From Hyphochytrium catenoides (lineage: Eukaryota > Protista > Hyphochytriomycota), in assembly GCA_900088475.1 (NCBI GenBank), contig FLMG01003376.1:1-41851 (forward strand): DNA of 41,851 nt, given 5' to 3'. The notes under the pieces are model-generated. The model saw only the letters and a list, made by a program, of their open reading frames with translations, had not been told where the DNA came from and made no database searches. The position numbers were made by a program, and so were the translations under genes. Shown in pieces: positions 22,704 through 35,365 of the stretch; the first letter of the stretch is position 1, and the number at the start of each line of letters is the position of its first letter.

Positions 22704-25459
22704 TTAGATTTCGACGATCTCTGACTCTTCTTCAACGTCTTCCGACTCGCTAAAGCTGTCTTCCGCCTCAAAGTTTGGCTTTGAAGGCTCATGGATGAGC
22801 CTTCTCCCAGACCGTCCAACTCTCTTTCCCTCTCCTCTTTTCCTCAGTTCTTCCACTCGAGTAGGCTTCGGGCTTTCTGCTTCTGGGCCAGTTCTATGCT
22901 GACCCAAGGTAAAGGAGCCAGAGGATGATGCGTAGTCTCTCTCTACGATGTCGGACAATCTACCGCTCTCAGAGAATTCTCTTTCCGTCCTGTCTCTATC
23001 TCCCGCTCTGGCTGGGCCGTCGATATAGGGAGACGGCGCCTTGGGCTCTTCATAACGCCGAATAGAAGACTCTCTGACGCTGTAGAAGGACTCAGTGGAC
23101 TCGAGAGGGTGTAGAGCGGGTCTTCCTCTCTCTCCCCGGATCTCCACTTCCCGCTCCCCTTGCTCACTTAAGTATCCGGCGGAAGGAGGAGAGGCTCTTC
23201 GGGTTGTGATGGGGCGAAGGATGAGAGAAGGGTCAAACGCTGGCTCTTCTTCCTCTCTCTCCCAATGAAGGGACGGAGCTGCAGTGTAAAAGGACGTAGT
23301 GTCTGACACTATGCTGCTGTCATGCGGGGAGGGGAAGGAAGGCAGACTGGTGCGACCAGTAAAGTCTGAGCAAGAGAAGAGAGGGATCAGCCATTGTCCA
23401 AGAATGGAAAAAGCGGACGTAGGAAAAGGACGCAAACGAGAGAAAGAGGCCCCCACAAGGCGGAGAAAGGAGAAAAAAAAGAAAGAAAGAGAGGAAAGGG
23501 GCAGGGACTTAATATTTACAGAGAATAAGGGGCAATGGTGAGCCTATCTAACGAGACAAACAGAAGCGGGAGAACGGAAAGAGATTAAACGTGGGAGAGA
23601 AGGGATAAGAAGCGAGGGAGAGGAGAGAGATAGGAAGAGGCAGAGAGAGAGGCAGCGGAAAGAGGAAGGGGAAAGAGAAAGGATCTTACCTGTCGGTGTT
23701 CTTCCTGGGAAGCTCCCGCTCTCAGAGCGCCTGCTCCCAGCGTACGAGTCCACTGGCTCCGTGCGTCTAAAGCCAGCTCCTTCTGAGACCCTAGAGCCTC
23801 CATAGGACTCGCGTCCATGTGAGAGGGAGGCACCACCCGTGAGCCGTCCGCTGTCACTTGCCCTTGAAGTCCCATCCAAAGAACCTCTCTCCCCAAGCCT
23901 TTCGCTACCTCTCTCCTCTCCAGGCTCGCTCTTGACGATGCGCTAACAAGCAAGACAGAATTAGCTAGCTGCGATGCAGTTGTAGGATTCTTACGTCTTG
24001 GCCCGCGACCCGTCTTCTGTGCGCCATCCACATCCCCGAGATAGACAGCATGGCATCTCTTTCCTTCTTGATCTACTTTACCTCTGGATCAAGTATTTCC
24101 ATAGCTTTCTCTCCAGAGTCTCCGTCGCTCGCTTTGCCTCTCTCTGTGACTGTGTCTCTCCCTCCTGGTGTCCCTCTCTCTCTCTTCCTTTGCCTGCCTG
24201 CTTTGGCTCCGCTATTACTCTCTCTCTCGTCGCTTGTGGCCATGCCCCATTGCCAGGTTTTCCTCGCACAGCCTTCACGGCTCAGCTCTTCGGCACTGAC
24301 CTCGTAGCGTTGTCTCAATCTACTTCCCCAGTCCTTGGCATCCTGGAAGCTCCGCCCACCAGTAGAGTCTCCTCTGTCTCTCCCTACGGACCCTTCCCGA
24401 GTAATCTGGCTGCCTATATCTACGGCCGCGTTCTGCGCAGAGACATGATAAGTTTAGAGACTAATAACAAACCCAAGGGATGGATAATGCAATGCAGACA
24501 GCGCCAGACCACGGAAAATAAGACAAGCAGAGAGAGACACACACAGGTACACCCACACAGCGGGAGAGAGAGAAAGAGGGAAATGCTCTTCAGGCTGACG
24601 AATGCGACATGCACTGGGGCAATGGCACGACCCAGAGAATAAGGAAAGAAAGGAAAGTACAGCGGGAGTTGGGCAAACTCTGTCCAGAGAAGAGAAGATA
24701 ACAAGAGAGAGACATCACCTTCGCATCTCTTCGAAGCTGGCTCTGAAGCGCCAGCGTGTGATACTTGGGACCCTCCGACATACCGAGCTGGGCCCGCAAC
24801 AGCTTCAAGTGTGAATGAATAAAGCAGAGCAAAGGAGACAATGTCCAGAAAGAGAGAAACAGCGAGAGAGACAGTGTGTGTGAGAGGGAAATAATAAAGA
24901 GGTAGACCGAGGGGAACAGAGAGCCGGAGAAGCAAGAGGAGACAAGTCCTGGTCATAAACGGCTAGAGAAGTTTGATCACTGCGGATGCCAGAGGCAACA
25001 CAGATTGGAGACCGTTGCGGTACTGACCAGCAGCAGGAAAGAAGACAGAGGAGCCTCATGAGCACAACAGCTGAGGAAAGCTGGAAAAGAGAGAAGGGAG
25101 AAAACGAGAGAAGATTGGAACAAGGAAGAGAAATGAGTGAGATGGTAAAATAAGCGAGAGAGAGAGAGAAAGAAGTAGAACCACACATTAATATCCTCTC
25201 GCGTCCTATCCATGTCTTCCTTCTGTTCTTCTTCTATGGCTTGCAGCTGAACTGTCTCGTCGGAGAGAGGGACAAACTCTTGCCCTCTATCTATTGGAGG
25301 GAGGCCGATAATACTGTGCAACTCATTGATCAACGTCCGTTTCTGAACCTCGAGCTGCTCAGATGATTCCGTAGCTACGAGTGGCGAAGGGNNNNNNNNN
25401 NNNNNNNNNNNNNNNNNNNNNNNNNNNNNNNNNNNNNNNGAAAGAGAGAGAGAGAGAGG

Positions 25460-25490
<31 letters not shown>

Positions 25491-27362
25491 CATGGACAGC
25501 GAAAGATAGAGAGAAAACGAAAAGTCTGTCCAAAGTAGCCCAAAGATTGAACAAAAGAGAAAAAAGAGAGGATCTGGCGATCTGACAGTTAAGACAGCCT
25601 ATAGGAGGAGAAATCTTATGTGCACGCAGGAGGAATGTATAGACAGAAAGAGAGAAGAGAAATTACAGCGGGAAGATGAGGCTTTCGCATTGAAGAGCTA
25701 GAGAGACAGAGGCCCAACCTTACCCCTTCTTTGCTCTTCTTTTCCAGTTCTTCTTGTAATCTATTCTTCTCTTCCAATAGAGCTTGAAACTCTTTCTCTT
25801 TCTCCTCTAGTCGCTGCTTTGCTGCTCTTTCTGCTTCTCTTGCTGCATTCGCCATCTTTTCCTGAATCTGGTGCGGGCAAGACACGCCGTTAGCACAAAG
25901 TAAAGTCTTTCGCCTTCTCTCTCTTTCTCTCTCTCTCACTCTCTCTCTCTCCCAATAGACACACACATTCTATTCCTTGTCAGCCAATGTTTCCAAAGGA
26001 GTCCAAGCGAGGAAAAAGTGAAAGCCAAAGAAGTAAAGAGACGCATGGAACAGAAGGAGAGAGAGGATGAGAGAGAGGAAGACAGGGACAAAGAAGAGAG
26101 CGAGAGAGACAAAGGGAGAGCGAGAGAGAGAAAGGGGTAGAGAGAGAGAAAGGGGTAGAGAGAGAGAGAAAATCTGTGTACCAGGACTTCCACGTTTTCA
26201 GGCGTCTTGACAGCTGTCTTGATATTTTTCATGTTCGCAAGCCACTTTGATAGAGCTTCCGCCCTATAAAGCAGTTCCGTCGCTTTGCGTTTGATGCTGT
26301 CAATGCGAAAGAGAGACGAACCGCCAGACGTCAGAGTAAAGAGGAGAAAGGGCATGAGGGAAGAGAATTTTAAGATAGAGACCAAGCCAAAGAGAAGACA
26401 GAGAGAGAGAGAGAGAGAGAGAGATGAGAAAAGCAAGAGAGAAAGAGAAGAACAAGGAAAGAGGTGGGCCGGGGTGAGGGTAGAAGACCGAGAAATCAAG
26501 GTCAGCACGCGGGATATTCTTCCCAGAATGTAAGGAGGAGAGAGAGAGAAGGTGGTGCGCTATAGATCGAGCAGAATAAGAGAGAAAGTAGAGAAAAATT
26601 GCAGGAGAGACCTACATTTCTTTCGTCCCTGGGTCTCTCTCCTCCTGCCCGAGACCTATCAGGATCCTTCCAGCATCGCAGTAGAGAGCGATTGCCTTGT
26701 CGTACTCTTTCTTCCTCTCTGCCCTGGAGGCAGAGTACCCGAGACGGAAGCCTGACTCCAAGACAGAGCGCTTCATGCCGTACCGGTCATCGGACATATT
26801 GATCTCATCCAGAGACGGAGAGGAGACTACAGCGGGGTAAAGGCAAGAGGCATAAAAACTGTTATTAACGCGCGAGAGAGACAGAGACAGAGAGANNNNN
26901 NNNNNNNNNNNNNNNNNNGCGGAGAGAGAGAGGAAGGACAACGTAACCTGGTAAAAGGAGGGGCAAAAGACCAAAAGAGAAGGAGGCAGAGGGTTCGACA
27001 AAGAGAGAAAACAACTGGAGAGACAGGAAGGATAAACCAAGCAATGGAGAGCAACACGACAGCAAGGAAAGAAGAAAAATCTAGGAGAGAGGGAGAGACA
27101 GGAAGAGAAGAAGCCCTTCTTCACTCCACCTGAAGAGGCAGAGTCTGAGCGTGGTCCAAGCTGGGGGACAGACAGAGAGGAAGAGAGCCTGCCACTGTCT
27201 CCCTGAAAGGCAATGGATCCAGACGCAGAGCGGGAGGGAGGCTGAGACGATGGCTGCGCCACTGACGCCGCATGGTAACCTACAGAGCTCTTCGATAAAC
27301 AAGAGAAGAGGCAGGATGAGCATTCCAGAGCAGATAAGAAGAGAGAAAGAAGAAAGAAAGAG

Positions 27363-27393
<31 letters not shown>

Positions 27394-28357
27394 GAGAGAA
27401 GATGGGAACTCTAGCCAAGAAAGAGAAGGAAGAGGTGTGAATACGAGCAAGGGAAAGATGAAGCGCCGAGGCAAGGAGAGAGAGAACAGACAAGAGAAAA
27501 CGCCAAATAAAGAGACAATGAGAGATAAGAGAGAGGATAGGGAAAGAGAGGAGAAAGAGAAGAGGGAGAAAGAAGGGACTTACTGTGGGCGCAGTGGGCG
27601 GAAGTGACCAGGAAACTTGGGGGCTCGCTTGTGGTGCTGGAGGAGGTGGCAGAGGAGAAGAGACAGACGTTCTGGAGACCGAGAAGGAGCCAGACAGAGC
27701 CGCCAGGCGAGCTGCCAGATCATCATTGGGACTAACCAGATGAAGACGAAGAGCAAGAGAGAGAGAGAAAAAGAGAGAGAGAGAAAGATCAACAAAGAAA
27801 GGGAAAAACAAACAGAGAACGCACGATGTCAGAGAGATAGAGGCAGAGAGAGACAAGGAAAAAAAGAGACAGAATGATAGAGAGACATCCGTAAGCGAAC
27901 GAAGTCTCAGATAGATCTTGCAGCTTTCAGAGGAGCGAGCAGGAAGAGGGAAGAGCTAAAAGCTAGAAATAGCAGTAACCTGGAGAGAGCACACAAGAGA
28001 GAGAGGGGCAGAGAGAAAGAGAGAGTGACTGACAGACGGCCAGAAAGAAAGAGAGAGAGAGAGANNNNNNNNNNNNNNNNNNNNNNNNNNNNNNNNNNNN
28101 NNNNNNNNNAGAGAGAGAGAGAGAGAGAGAGAGAACGACACAGAGAGACCGACAGAGAAAGCAGGGAGAGAGAACAGAACAGAGAAAGAGAGAGGGTGAG
28201 AGTGGAAGAGAGCTTGAGAGTCTCTCCTTCCTTACCCCGCAGTGGGGACGGTTGGCTGTGGTTGAGGCGGAAGGGGAGGCGGAGTGGCCGCTGGTTGTGC
28301 TGAAGGTCCGCTCCCGGCCTGCAGCGCCTTCCATCGCTTCATCAACTCGTCCTCCAT
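22704..28357 (-). CDS. MIT-domain protein with N-terminal MIM1-like helices, coiled coil and disordered Ser/Arg/Glu-rich tail (~740-815 aa)
   Basis: Exons 28357-28236, 27731-27584, 27289-27130, 26826-26616, 26296-26182, 25867-25724, ~25374-25187 (junction unresolved next to an N gap), 24802-24719, 24432-24301 (or 24079), 23942-23690, 23365-22704. MIT-like three-helix segment: GFRLGYSASRAERKKEYDKAIALYCDAGRILI...KEIIKRKATELLYRAEAL. Confidence 0.75.
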
Positions 28358-28507
28358 AGTGCCCGACTAGTCTTCCTTCTCCTCTTTCCCTCTCTCTACC
28401 TCTCTTTGTTTCTCTCTCTCTCCCTCTTAGGTGTCTTGGTACTAGGCTCTGGCCTCTTGCCCTATCGCGGTTTTCTCTCTCTCTCTCTCTCTCTCTCTAA
28501 CAAAATA

Positions 28508-28816
28508 TTAAAGAATGACGAAGATCCAGTTCCATGCGCCGCAGAGGCCGCTCTGGCCCTGGAACTTTGCCAATGTCAGAGCAGCTGTCAGAGCTGCTTC
28601 TCTCACTCTCAGAAAGTCAGAAACGAGAATCAGAGATGATGGGAAGAAGGAATGAAGTTCAACAAGAGCTGCTTGGGCAGTTCCTACGAGTGTGCGAGAG
28701 AGAAAGAGAGACAAACAGAGAGACAGAAGAAAGAGAGACCAAACAGGGGGAGAGGAGAGCGACATAACTCAGAAAGAGGAGGAGGGGGACAAACAGAGGA
28801 GAGAGAGAGAGCGAGA

Positions 28817-28849
<33 letters not shown>

Positions 28850-29185
28850 NNNNNNNNNNNNNNNNNNNNNNNNNNNNGAGAGAGAGAGAGAGAGAGAGAG
28901 AAGACAAGAACAGGAGGAGGATCCAGAACGAAGTACTGTAGAAGGACAAACCTCATACACCAGGGGGATCTCTGAAATTCGGGCTTCTGATTCGCAGTAA
29001 TGCCCGACCAGCGCCGATCCTTCTTTCCTTTCCTCCAGGGCGCGCAGCAGACAGGCGCGAAGCCGCTAAAGCCTACGAGAGATAAGCTCAGAGTGTCATC
29101 GGTGCATGGCCGCAGATAGGAACAGCGGTTATGTATATGAGACTCATAGCAGTAAGAAGTAGGTTTCTCTCACCGTGGAGGACAT
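28508..29185 (-). other. Possible short spliced transcript or 5' leader exons upstream of the MIT gene
   Basis: ATGTCCTCCACG|gtgag at 29185-29174, acceptors near 29070 and 28684, and a CT-rich (sense) intron at ~28690-28950. The reading frame is ambiguous. Confidence 0.3.
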
Positions 29186-30276
29186 GAGCCACTACCACAC
29201 AACCCAACAGCACGAGCAGCAGACAGTAATGCTAGTAGAACGCATTAGTTCGTGGAAGGGCCTGCCCAGTGCGGCGAGAGAGGCAGCGGCGGTAGAAGAA
29301 GCCAAGAAGCCGGAGCCGAAGCCAAGAGTGGCACCACTCAGTTAGCGTAGCATATATCAGCAGTAAATTATAGCACCAAGGACCCAACGATGTAACAAAT
29401 AGAAGTCTCTATGGAATCCTTAATAACGGATGGTGCCAGTAGTAGACAAGACTTAAAGACCAAAGTAGCTTTGAGCAGGGCTCGGAATTCGAGAATATGG
29501 CGCATCGGATGATGCCAGACAGAGCTTCTCATAGAAATCTGATAGAGGTTGATATCGGTTAGCGCTTGTCGGCCCAGTCACATGATGGCGCTAGTCCTTG
29601 CTGAACGAGCTAATCAACTCCATGGCTCTCTGTCTGCCAGATGAACACGGCTCTATTTCTCCTTCTTGGTGAGACTAAGGAGTAAAAAAAGCGGACAACG
29701 TCAAAGAATGCGAAACGACGACATTTGAGCACAATAGGATAGAGCTAATGCGCTATAAAGGATGGGAATGTAGGGGTGAGGGTGAATTGCTGATGGCGTG
29801 GCGCGAGTAAATGAGCCTTAAAGAGCGGCAATCTAGGAGATAACCTAGCGCTTCAGAGGCCAAGCCCAAAAGCATAGGTTTACCTGACTTCAGGTCCCAC
29901 AAGCGAAGGTCAACATACCTTCCTAATGAACATCTATAATCCTAGATACCTGTCTCAACCCGCCCAGCCAACACTAGCTACCTATAGCCAGTTACTCTCA
30001 GATCACATGTCCTTATCTTATAGAGCTGGAGTCCTACAAAGTAAGAGAGTTCGCCTAAGGCTCAGCATATGCTGCCCAGAGAGAGGGAAGTCATGGGCAT
30101 TTGGATCGCACCAGGGGTCGTAGGACGAGAGGGGCGCTCAGACCAAAGAAGAGAAGAAGAGACTGGCTTTTTTATAAAGGCGCGCCCTACACTGTCTTTA
30201 GAAGCCGACCACGACTGCATTTACATAAGTTATAGCTCCCCGTGCTGGAAAAGGTGAAGGACAAGGTGACGAGAAA

Positions 30277-31176
<900 letters not shown>

Positions 31177-31215
31177 TGTAGCTAAGACTCAGAGCGACTC
31201 TGTCACTAGTTGTTC

Positions 31216-31234
31216 GCAAATTGTACAATGAAAG
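31216..31234 (-). promoter_or_regulatory. Inr-FPR-like core promoter of NDUFS7
   Basis: Minus strand CTTTCATTGTACAATTTGC, close to the oomycete TCATTYYNCAWTTT element, ~53 nt upstream of the ATG. Confidence 0.5.
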
Positions 31235-31702
31235 TATGCAAGCCGGAGCTATGTGGAGTCTGTGATATCGAACGACCAAGACAGCATACACTATCGGGTC
31301 GTGCAAAGAGCTCTGTCGCCACGCCGATGCTGTTCGATAGAGCGTCGCCGCTGCGAGAAAGAGTTCTACTTCTGAAGCTTTTTCGGGCTTGTTCTGCCGC
31401 AGAGCCCTGTGCCTGCAGAGCCGGCGAGGGCCCAGGGAATGCGCTTAGATCATTTCAGTCAGCCTCGAGTTTGACATATTACCGTTTCATTTGTTACAGG
31501 GAGCATTGGTTGTACGAATACTTCCAAAGCTTCAAATGTAGCCCCTGTGAGCTCGACAAATGAAACAAGAATGTATCAAAGGTTTCTGATGTTCCTTTCG
31601 TACCAGTAAAAGTACGAACCCAAACTCCAAATTGTATGCCTTTAGTCTCGAATAAAATAAAGTTTCATTCCTGATAAGCAGTTCCTATTTATAATGCCCC
31701 TG

Positions 31703-31745
31703 CCTTCCACCTTCCACCTTCCGCCTTTCCAGCCTTCAACCTTCC
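31703..31745 (+). repeat. Degenerate (CCTTCCA)n heptamer repeat downstream of a TATTTATAA box
   Basis: ccttccaccttccaccttccgcctttccagccttcaaccttcc. Confidence 0.6.
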
Positions 31746-32625
31746 TACGATCCTCTCCCGATTATAAAAGATGCAACGTCCCTCGAGAACACCTTCTCTT
31801 CCTTTCTCAACACCTGACAGCCAGACGGCTCTTCCCGAAACCTAAAATAAGCTTGATTGATGCTCGTTTTGAGAACTCAATTTCGCTTGGAAGTCCCAAA
31901 TGATTTCGAAGAAACTCAAAAAGCAGATTTCCGCATCTTGTGCATCTTGATTTTTGGTTGTCTTCTATTTCTCTCTCAGCGTGGTATATTATGTTAGGAC
32001 TAGCGGCGCTTGTTGCGGTTAGCACGGCGGTGAATTGAGTTCTGGAGAAATGTTTTCCTGATCCCGATAATTAGCTCCATTTCTCTCAGTAGTTAGATCA
32101 CATCTCTCTGGATAGGTTTCTTGAGATCAATGAACTCCATTACATTTGATTGAGATTTAGTGCCCTGACTCTTTGCTTCTTGCAGCCCTGCGCCGTCATG
32201 ATTAAGTCTTCTCGGCCTCTGCTTAAGCTGTTTTAGGCTTCGGCCTTCTGTTGGGTTGCTGTTACTAAACGTTATTGGCGCAGCGGCTGAGTGATTGACG
32301 CAGCGGCTGACCGCATTTTGAACTCTATTGTCTGCTCCCTGAAGGCTATTAAAGCTAGCTAGCTGAAGAATGGCCGCCGACTACCTTCTGATGGAGGTTA
32401 CCACGAGTCGATCCATGTCCTTGATAAAGCCCGTAACAAATGGAGTTCATCAGATGGAGGCTATCACTTCAGTCACTCAGAGTAAGATTAGCATTGTCTA
32501 TGCTAGCACTACGCTCATAGCAATAATACTCCATGCTAAACCAATTGCTCTCTCGGCTGTATTCCTGGAGAGAAGCCCAACGAGTTCAAGATCTTGTCTC
32601 AAGTAGCTTCGCACAACTTACAGGA

Positions 32626-34690
32626 ATGAAGAGGAAGACTATATTCCGAGATCAGCCCTCTGACGACGAATATGGTACTAATTACTCAAGAAAAGTTCTG
32701 GCCTTCATGCAGCATGATCAGTGTGGAGGTCTCTGTCTAGCACTCTAATGGTCAAATGGAAAGTCCGAGGTCTCTAATATTTTGTCCATACGTTGGGAAC
32801 CAGCTCTTAAGACAGTCATGGATATGCGGGAGGCGAATGCGCGGGGCCAAGGCACTCAGTTGGCAAATGTCAATGCCGAAAGCTCTCAGTTTTTAGAAGG
32901 CTGCCCACCAGACAGCGAAAGTGCCGTTTTGCAACCGCGCTTATCATTGGACGATTGGATGCAAATAGACGGCGATCAGCAGCAGGCTTCTCGGCCTGCA
33001 CGCCTTCGGCTTTCTTGCCCCGCTCAAACTTCAGATGATGAAGGTATGCAGGTTTCTAGTAATGGTGATAAATGGTTTACCTACACAAGGATTTGTGTGC
33101 TGTGCGGCAAACAAGCGTCCGAGCTAAGTCTGTCTCTTGTGCTAGGAAGAGAGAGTAATAACGTTCGGCCGATCAACGCTTTGGGTTTACCACGGAGTAT
33201 GGCTTGTTATTTCAAAAGCTAGTTCAGGCTTTGTCTGACGCTGCACTTGTAGTACTGAACATGATGAAAACAGTTTCTTCTAGTCCGCAGGAAGAGGAAG
33301 ACCACAACTCAGAATCAGGAGGTGGCGAGAGCTTTCAAGAAGTTTTCCGTGAGGAACCACATCCGTTCAAACCAAAGACTGCGACCGAAAATCGGACGTT
33401 GGTGTTACCTGGATTGAACTCCCGAGAGGGGCTTTGGGCAAATAGAGACTCTATGCGGGTATGTGTAAGACCATACCCGTCAAAGGGGCCATCTCCGTTT
33501 TATTAAGGGATTCTGGTGATCCAGAATATTACGGGCTATCCGCCCCGGCTCGAAAGTGGGTCGATAGCGAGAGAGTGGTGACCTTAGCTTACTTGGGGAG
33601 AGGAAGTCTAGCGTTGAAATTATTGGGTACCAAATTGACCAGTTTCTTTACCTGATGTTCAGCAACCAATAGGTAGTCTCCCTCCCTTAACGGCTTTAAA
33701 GTTCTCGGAATTACGGTCGCCTGAGAGCGCTGACGACGTCAAGGTGTTAACAGCCCTTAACAGCCCTAAAGTTCCATATCCAAGCACCAATAAAAGGCTA
33801 TCAAGGCCAGATCGGACGGCCAGACGTCGTTTTCGTGGCAAAGGAAGCATTCTGTTTGCAAGACCAGCTGTTCTACCCCAAGAAAGTGAGATGAGCTCAA
33901 GTTCATCAGTGGGTGACGATACAACTTCCACGCTATCAGAACAATCTGCATCTGCAAATGCTGAGGATAGAGAAGAGGTTTTCCATGGAGATGAGGGATT
34001 ATCTTCTCCAGGAGAAGAGGAAGAGTCGGGGTGTCAGTCAGACGGAGCTGAGTATCCACCTGCTGAGCGGCAGGACTTGTGCCCCAATGGAGGGCCGCAC
34101 CAAGGACCTAGCACCACGGAAGACCAGGCCGTCAACAACCTTTATTTTATCCCTTCGTCTCCGGCCAGCATTGAAGACTTCGAGCCCTTATCTCCATGTA
34201 TGGGGGTCTTTGGGTCACTGGGAAGCTTCAAAGACGTTCTCGGGTCATTGAAGGGTGTCTCTTCCCAAGATTGGGAGTTTACCAACAACCTCTCCTCGCT
34301 GTTGTCTCCCGTTGCTGCTGAGCAATCAGTAAACGAGGACAGTAAAGAGGCGTCAAACGGTAAGATGGAGCCAAGTAGCATTTCTTTGTGAATACGTTGC
34401 TGCTGACCCTATTGTTGACTGATGCACCCCATACGGGGCAACAAAACCATGGTATTGGTCCAGGCCTGATAAAGGAACCAATGGATGTCGACGAAGAGAA
34501 AGGACATAGGTCATCTCCTTCCTTGACTTCTATGTATGCTCCTCCCTCTTCTTGTGAGTCTCTACTTTCTCCATTGGAGGCGTGGAATGAGCGCATTGAG
34601 GTGATTCGCAGGCAGCACAGCCTGCTGTCGGCCACCGCAGCAGTGTCGTCGGCTCAGAAAGGGAGCCTTACGAAGACCCAAGCCTACTGA
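32626..34690 (+). CDS. Hypothetical low-complexity Ser/Glu/Pro-rich protein with basic NLS-like motifs
   Basis: A phase-consistent chain can be built: MKRKTIFRDQPSDDEY | ALKTVMDMRE...SDDE | GRESNN...LPR | IRRKRKTTTQNQEVARAFKKFS | QPIGSLPP...ASN | GLIKEPMDVDEE...KTQAY*, with donors gtacta, gtatgc, gtatgg, gtgagg, gtaaga. No recognisable domain; the start is uncertain. Confidence 0.5.
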
Positions 34691-35365
34691 GAAGGTGAGG
34701 CTCGAGTGGCCGCTCTCTGGATAATGGAGTGGAAAACAGTCTTGCCAAGGAAGAGACAGAAGTTGGATTGGTGTGCCTTTGACAAGTGAGACGAAGAGAT
34801 GGCTCTTGGTATCTGAGAGCACATGTACAGAAGAAACAGCTTAGTTTATCATCTACAGTCCTGATATGACAAGGGAAAGATCCATGTGAAGATGGCCAGT
34901 ATTCCGCTTGGCACAAACCAAATAAAGACTCATCTTCTTACTGTCGTGACCCATCTGGAGAATACCACGACGTAAGAGAGAGAGAGGCGAGGATGCTTCC
35001 ACGTCAGGAAGAGTATCAGACGCTACCACGACATGAAGGTTTATACAATGGGCATTATCATGTCGTAGAAGGGCGAACTAGATCAGCGACGGTCAAAAGC
35101 CGCGAACGATAGGCGCGCTTTGACCCATTGATAATAGCTTTACTAGTGGCGGCAGGACAACTTCTCATTAGCGGGCACTCAAGAAGGTAAGTGGCTTGGA
35201 CCATCTTACTGGATGTCCTTGTGCTCTATATTCTTCTCCTTTGCTCTGCCTGTCCTCTTAGGCTCGCGGTGACGGATGAGGGTACGCGTGTGAACTATGG
35301 AGACTGTGTATCATGGCTGCTATGTTACAATCATTATTTGGAAAAAGGTCTACCTTGAACAACCA

